In this document: positions 58,890-64,000 of the stretch, piece by piece
Layout of the letters: each line of letters starts with the position of its first letter
Numbering within the stretch: the stretch's first letter is position 1
From: Ignavibacteriota bacterium
Lineage (GTDB): Bacteria > Bacteroidota > Ignavibacteria > UBA10030 > UBA6906
Length of the DNA stretch: 64,000 bases
NCBI GenBank assembly: GCA_963801355.1
Contig: CAWDEM010000008.1
Coordinates: 1 to 64,000, forward strand
Direction of reading: 5' to 3'
Position numbers and translations under genes: made by a program
Notes under the pieces: model-generated
The model's input: only the letters and a program-made list of their open reading frames with translations
What the model was told of the DNA's origin: nothing
Database searches by the model: none

Positions 58890-59316
58890 ATTGTCGTTTG
58901 TCATGGGTCTGATGAAGTTTTGTTGCGCCAGCGAGATCCTCGGTCTGCCGGGTTCTGATCGGCTCTTCCACCTCTAGCACAATCTGAATCCTTGTCGGTG
59001 CCACCGGATGACTGTTTAGGGCTTGAGGACGAGAACTGTCTCTTTTCAAGAGTTGAATGACTCGGTCATGACCCTGAAGAAGAACCTATCGGAAGACCGC
59101 AGTCGGAATGTCGAGGCCGTGCGAGCGAGTATCTCCAACTGCTCTCGGAGAAAGATGTCTCGAGTCGGACTTGAGATGTTGATGTGAATAGCGAAGGACA
59201 AAGAGAGGAAGGATCTGATCATCGAGGCTGCTTGTCCTGTCCACTGAACCAGAACAAAGTAGCGATTCGAGTTTGGATTCGCTATCTTGCTCGCGGATGG
59301 AATTTTGAAGAGGACA
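58890..59316 (-). pseudogene. Degenerate 5' part of a family-B IS
   Basis: IFLREQLEILART...RLRSSDRFFF and the IR GGATGGAATTTTGAAGAGGACA. Confidence 0.8.
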
Positions 59317-59352
59317 ACCAGACCGATAGACGCATTTTCAAAAAGGGATACT

Positions 59353-60075
59353 ATGAAGAAGGTTTGTATCATTGGTGCGTCCGGGAAACTCGGACAGTAT
59401 ATGGTGCAGCACTCGCTGGATCTGGGCTACGAAGTTGTTGGAGTGTGTCGGGAGCGCAGCGTAGGCAAGCTTGAAAGGTTCAAGGGACGTATCACCGTCA
59501 ATCCTGGCGCAACGAACGACCGCGAGGTTATCAAGAAAGCGGTTGCAGGGTGCGAGGGGGTACTCACCGTGCTGTTCCCGTGGGGGGTACAACAGTATTC
59601 GACCGGAACAGCGCAGGCTGTGCTCGACTACGCGCCCCCGGGTGCGCGCCTTGTGTTCTCGTGCGGCTGGCATATCACGCGCGACGGCAAGGATGTGTAC
59701 TCGCGGACGTTCAAGGCGGCCGTGAAGGCCTTCGGCTGGTTCGTGCGACTCGCTCGCTTTGCGGACCTTGACGACCAGGTGGAAGCATGCCGGCGGGTGT
59801 TTGCCAGCAACACACGGTGGACTGTCGTGCGCGGAAGCGGCTTAGAAGAGGGCGAGAGTCAGGGCTTGCCCGTTTGGAGTCGGCACGTCGGTGACCCCAT
59901 CCTCAAAAGCAATATCACGCGCCGTGTAGACTTTGCCCTGTTCATGGTAAAGGCCCTCGAGAATGACAAGCTAATCCACGAGGCCCCGGCAATTGTCGGC
60001 TGCCGAACGCCCTCGGCACTTGCGCACGCAGCTGCTGTCGAGCCAAAGGGTTGCGAACAGCGTATGCAGCGCTGA
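59353..60075 (+). CDS. NAD(P)-binding Rossmann oxidoreductase (flavin reductase-like)
   Basis: IIGASGKLG, WTVVR and ITRRVDFA. Confidence 0.88.
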   Translation: MKKVCIIGASGKLGQYMVQHSLDLGYEVVGVCRERSVGKLERFKGRITVNPGATNDREVIKKAVAGCEGVLTVLFPWGVQQYSTGTAQAVLDYAPPGARLVFSCGWHITRDGKDVYSRTFKAAVKAFGWFVRLARFADLDDQVEACRRVFASNTRWTVVRGSGLEEGESQGLPVWSRHVGDPILKSNITRRVDFALFMVKALENDKLIHEAPAIVGCRTPSALAHAAAVEPKGCEQRMQR

Positions 60076-60272
60076 AAGTAAAATCCACAAAGGGTACCTG
60101 CAGCTAACAATTGAGCGTACCATTGCGTGCCTGCCCATGAAGTAGAAGGAATCTGCGCATGTGATACCTGGATGACGGGCAGCGGGACGACGGGGTCTGC
60201 GACACATCGCTGGATTGGCAAAGGTTTGTTACTGCATCACTCACAATCTATCCGTATAGAAGGAGGCTCCCA

Positions 60273-60962
60273 ATGAAACCCCTTGTTGCCGAATTCGTGG
60301 GGACGTTTTGGCTTGTGCTGGGAGGATGCGGTAGTGCGGTGCTGGCAGCAGCATTTCCGGAACTGGGTATCGGGTTCGTCGGCGTTGCCCTGGCATTCGG
60401 GCTGACAGTGCTCACCATGGCCTACGCCATCGGCCACATCTCTGGATGCCATCTGAATCCCGCAGTCTCCTTCGGTCTCTGGGCTGGAAAGCGTTTCCCC
60501 GCGAAAAGTCTGGCTGGCTACATCATTGCACAGGTTCTTGGGGGGATCCTTGCCGGAGGAGTCCTGTATCTCATAGCAAGCGGCAGGGCCGGATTTGATG
60601 TCAGCGCCGGGTTCGCGTCAAACGGATACGCTGAGCACTCCCCAGGAGGGTATTCATTGGGTGCCGCTTTTCTCTCGGAAGTTGTCATGACCATGATGTT
60701 CCTCGTCGTCATTATGGGCGCGACTGACAAACGCGCGCCACAGGGTTTTGCGCCTCTTGCCATCGGGTTGTGTCTCACGTTGATTCACCTCATCAGCATC
60801 CCGGTGACAAATACTTCGGTGAACCCTGCGCGTAGCACGGGCGTGGCGCTTTTTGTCGGTGACTGGGCTCTGTTTCAGTTATGGCTTTTCTGGGTGGCGC
60901 CCATCGTGGGAGGCATCCTCGGTGGCATGGTCTATCGCTATCTCGGGAAGGCAGACGACTGA
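60273..60962 (+). CDS. aqpZ: Aquaporin Z
   Basis: [33 protein letters not shown] and NTSVNPARS. Confidence 0.97.
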   Translation: MKPLVAEFVGTFWLVLGGCGSAVLAAAFPELGIGFVGVALAFGLTVLTMAYAIGHISGCHLNPAVSFGLWAGKRFPAKSLAGYIIAQVLGGILAGGVLYLIASGRAGFDVSAGFASNGYAEHSPGGYSLGAAFLSEVVMTMMFLVVIMGATDKRAPQGFAPLAIGLCLTLIHLISIPVTNTSVNPARSTGVALFVGDWALFQLWLFWVAPIVGGILGGMVYRYLGKADD

Positions 60963-61185
60963 CATATCGTCTGGGCTCGGATCAGTCCCCCGGTCGATTG
61001 GAGTAGGTCACGTTTGCCGAACTCCGCCCGAAGATAGACACATCGAATCTGTGTCCCGCTCAGCCGGAACAGTGAGTGAGATGTTGATTTGAATACCGAA
61101 AGACAATACGATCGGACGCAAAACAGCAATCAGTCTTTCTGCGACAATGATATTATGCCCTGCGTCGAGAACAAACAGGACGGCA

Positions 61186-61977
61186 CTACTTGAATCTGTT
61201 CACCTGCCTCGCGAGAAGCTTTCGTATCTTGTCGCGCGAAGGAGGGGGGCCTGTTCGCACCTCCTTCCGGTTGATGAACAATGCATCTGAAATGCCCCAC
61301 CGGCGGAACTCGTCACGATCGAATGTATCGGTCTCCCGAAAGACCACCTTGTCCACGAATTGCGGCTCGCTCGTCACGAGCTTTGCTCGCTCAAAGACCA
61401 TATTTTGCGCCGTGCACCACCCGTTGCAGAACGCCGTCACGGTGACCTTGTTCGGCTCGACTGGAGGTTTCGCCTTCTGCCGGACCCATTTTGGAGGAAT
61501 GCCATCGGCGCTGAATGGTTTCCACAGCAGAACCATAATCCCTTCCCGGTCAGCGACCCGGTATCCGTGCCTTTTGAACCAGGAGGCTCGCATCCAGAAG
61601 GGGAGAGCGATACCCCAGGCAGCGATTCCTTTTGCGCCGAGCGATCGCGCATCTGCTTCAGCCGCCAGGAGAAGTGCGCTTCCCATTCCCCTCCGCTGGA
61701 AGTTCCCCCTTCCCTGTTTGTGGCCGTGTACCCAAATGCAATTGATGATGTACAGGTCGACACCTTCCGCAGATGAGTATTCGATGGGGACGTATTGAAT
61801 CATCCCTCCCACGGTGCCTTGATCATCGAGTGCCAGTTTCACGCGGAGTCCCTTGTCTTTCATCCTGTTATACCAGACTTCCTTACGGCAGCCCGCCTCC
61901 TTGACTTCGTCCGACCAATCCTCAAGGCAGACGAGATAAAGAGGTAGATGCTCTTCGTCCAGGTCAATAATTCTCAT
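61186..61977 (-). CDS. GNAT N-acetyltransferase (YoaP-like)
   Basis: GMIQYVP, INCIWV and QRRGMGSALL; AAGGAG RBS. Confidence 0.88.
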   Translation of the reverse strand: MRIIDLDEEHLPLYLVCLEDWSDEVKEAGCRKEVWYNRMKDKGLRVKLALDDQGTVGGMIQYVPIEYSSAEGVDLYIINCIWVHGHKQGRGNFQRRGMGSALLLAAEADARSLGAKGIAAWGIALPFWMRASWFKRHGYRVADREGIMVLLWKPFSADGIPPKWVRQKAKPPVEPNKVTVTAFCNGWCTAQNMVFERAKLVTSEPQFVDKVVFRETDTFDRDEFRRWGISDALFINRKEVRTGPPPSRDKIRKLLARQVNRFK

Positions 61978-62076
61978 TTCGAAACTCCTTCACAACCCAC
62001 GGTCCACGGATCATCGAACGATTGGACAATTCCTGATCTCCACGTCGAGTTCGACATCTGTACTCTCGTCATTCGC

Positions 62077-62535
62077 TCAACGAGACACGGTGTCTGCTGA
62101 CGCGAGGAAATGCTGTCTCAAATTGGAGAGCGAATTCTGTACAATCTTCTCCCACTGCGGTTTGAGGAACAGGGAATCACACAGCGGACCCAGCAACGGG
62201 ACTGGCAAGCGGCCTTCGACGACATAAGTGAATTCGGTGGCTGAACCAACTGGTGCGAAGATCCACTTGGTTCTATGGGGAATGCCCTTAGTAGCAATTC
62301 CGGTCCAACCTTGGTTTGGCACAAAATCATGGATTTCGGTCTCGACGGTTGTGAAGGTGGTCATGATACTGACCCTGTATGCGTATCGGGCGCCGTTGCC
62401 CTGGACAGTAACAGTGGTGTTCCTGACATCCGAGACACCCTGGAACCACTCGTGCCATTTCCGGAAGTCAGCTGCGTAGTTGAACACTTGTTCAACTGGA
62501 GCCTCTATCGTAATGGTATGTTCGACGCGGATCAT
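62077..62535 (-). CDS. SRPBCC/polyketide cyclase-like protein
   Basis: ITIEAPVEQVFNYAAD...W; GGAGG RBS. Confidence 0.85.
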   Translation of the reverse strand: MIRVEHTITIEAPVEQVFNYAADFRKWHEWFQGVSDVRNTTVTVQGNGARYAYRVSIMTTFTTVETEIHDFVPNQGWTGIATKGIPHRTKWIFAPVGSATEFTYVVEGRLPVPLLGPLCDSLFLKPQWEKIVQNSLSNLRQHFLASADTVSR

Positions 62536-62758
62536 GAGATGGCCTCCAAAAGAATCAACATAAACAAGACGACTCCAGGCGTCAGCGTTGTCGTCAAAGA
62601 CTTTCGGTTCAAGTAGTTGCTACGTGCCGCTGCCTGCCCCTGTCTCCTTCCCCCCCCCTTCTGGCGCAAGATAACATTTCTTTCTGCAAAAACATCAGCC
62701 GACTTCCGGCGGTCACGTCACGAAGCAGTGAGTTTGGGTTCTTCTTCCTCACCGTCGG

Positions 62759-62846
62759 CAGATTGTAGGCGATGTGTGTCACTCGATGCTCTCCATGTAA
62801 TTCAAATCAGCAAAACTGCCCTCATTCGCGCAATTCCGAGATTGAC
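62759..62846 (+). repeat. att-like module 3 (flank only, tRNA half absent)
   Basis: CAGATTGT...ATGCTCTCCATGTAATTCAAATC...CAAAACTGCCCTCATT...ATTCCGAGATT as in modules 1 and 2. Confidence 0.75.
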
Positions 62847-62983
62847 TCGATCTTTCGATCTTTGACAATCCGATCTTTGACACAGAACTTGGGTATCGAT
62901 TTCAATTGAAATTGGTTATTTTGCACACGGATGGAGTTATGAAGAGTGACGCTTAAAACTGTGGCGATTCGGAGAGCCAAACT

Positions 62984-64000
62984 ATGAGCCTTTCGAGACG
63001 CGATTTCATCAAGGGCGCTTCATCAGTTGTCCTTTCCGGCACCGTGGCGCCGCTCTGGTCTAAAAATCACTCTCGCCCACAGCCACAGGAGAGCGGGGGA
63101 AAACTCGCGGCCAGGCCGGCTTCTTTTTCTCTCGAGAGTTATGCCGCAAACTCCCTCAACTACCTTGAACGTCTTGTCGATGCGGATGGACTTCCATATT
63201 TCAACGTGTTTTGGACTCAGCCCGCTGAAGCCGTCCACGACTGGCCGGATTTCGGCGACGTGATGACTCGGCAATGGCAGGGCGCCGTCATGCTCCGCCG
63301 GATGACCGGCCGGGAAGCCGCCACCGAAAAAGTCTGGCGGCGTAAGGTCCTATCTTTGATTGACCCCTCCGACGCACTCCTCCATCGCCCCACGACCACT
63401 TACAGCAAGCCGGTCGCGGATTGGGGAGACGCCTCCTTGACCCTTTATGCACTGGTTACGGCCGCCGTCGAGAGCGGCGATGATATCCTGCGGCAGGCGG
63501 CACAGAAGATGGCCGAGGGGATGTTGGATGGGCTGCGCTCCGGCCGCTTTTCTGGGAATGGCTTCGCGATCAAGAGTTTCATGGTCGCAGCGCGGCTGCT
63601 CGGATGCGAAGCGGGTTTGGAGGCGGCCCGGATTCTTGTCGACCGCTCGATCGTCCACGGCCACACTTTCACTCTGGACAACACGTTTGGCCTGTCTGGT
63701 CACATGCACAGCAACCTGAGGACAATGGTCGGGGCCGCCGACTATGCTTTGACAACCGGAGACCCCGTCCTGTACAGCCGTATCGACGCCCTTTATCGGT
63801 ACGTCAAGACGACCGGCACGAGCTTCGGCTTCCTGCCCGAGGTCATCGGACGACAGGGCGACATTATTGCCTGCGAGACGTGCGCCCTGATGGATTTCGC
63901 GGGCGTGGGTGTCACTCTCGCCAATCATGGACATCCTGAGTATTGGGGCGACATGGAGCGTCTGGTGCGGAACCATTATGTGGAGAGTCAGGTTCGGGAC
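62984..64000 (+). CDS. Tat-exported GH127/146-like glycoside hydrolase, runs off the window end (absent from the ORF track)
   Basis: MSLSRRDFIKG; GHMHS, ACETC and YWGDMERLVRNH. Confidence 0.7.
   Translation, partial: MSLSRRDFIKGASSVVLSGTVAPLWSKNHSRPQPQESGGKLAARPASFSLESYAANSLNYLERLVDADGLPYFNVFWTQPAEAVHDWPDFGDVMTRQWQGAVMLRRMTGREAATEKVWRRKVLSLIDPSDALLHRPTTTYSKPVADWGDASLTLYALVTAAVESGDDILRQAAQKMAEGMLDGLRSGRFSGNGFAIKSFMVAARLLGCEAGLEAARILVDRSIVHGHTFTLDNTFGLSGHMHSNLRTMVGAADYALTTGDPVLYSRIDALYRYVKTTGTSFGFLPEVIGRQGDIIACETCALMDFAGVGVTLANHGHPEYWGDMERLVRNHYVESQVRD

Noticed and set aside
60100-60130. GCTAAC after the oxidoreductase as an attC R'' box
   Set aside because: No matching L boxes or downstream GTTRRRY arm were found.
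1-64000. CRISPR array or cas genes
   Set aside because: No regularly spaced identical repeats with unique spacers; the repeats found are IS ends or att-like scars.

Overview
A 64-kb accessory, mosaic region from a bacterium that probably belongs to the Bacteroidota/Ignavibacteriota group. This is inferred from four genes with 'QNYPNPFNPST'-type T9SS C-terminal domains and two hybrid two-component sensors. Cargo: two Ser/Thr kinases, C1/S41/M6 peptidases, a Kelch protein, two glycoside hydrolases, OmpA, AqpZ, Hsp20, Fic, several toxin-antitoxin pairs (toxins mostly broken), and an AT-richer radical SAM + PlsA/Ger-like two-gene operon. Two related rve-transposase IS families are scattered throughout as full copies, MITEs and solo ends. 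Family A has ends CGTnnGGGGGACTTATTCCATCC and is always in + orientation; family B has ends TGTGCCTCTTCAATATTCCATCC and is always in - orientation. An RmInt1-like group II intron with cognate EBS1/EBS2 sits just after a putative catalytic Asp codon of the family-A transposase. A DUF4160-DUF2442 pair is an integron-type gene cassette with two broken attC sites, bracketed by two MITEs. A conserved att-like module carrying tRNA-Pro(CGG) 3' halves recurs at about 16.0 and 36.6 kb, with a tRNA-less copy at 62.8 kb. No CRISPR array, rRNA or complete tRNA was found. All family assignments come from motif recognition, not database searches.
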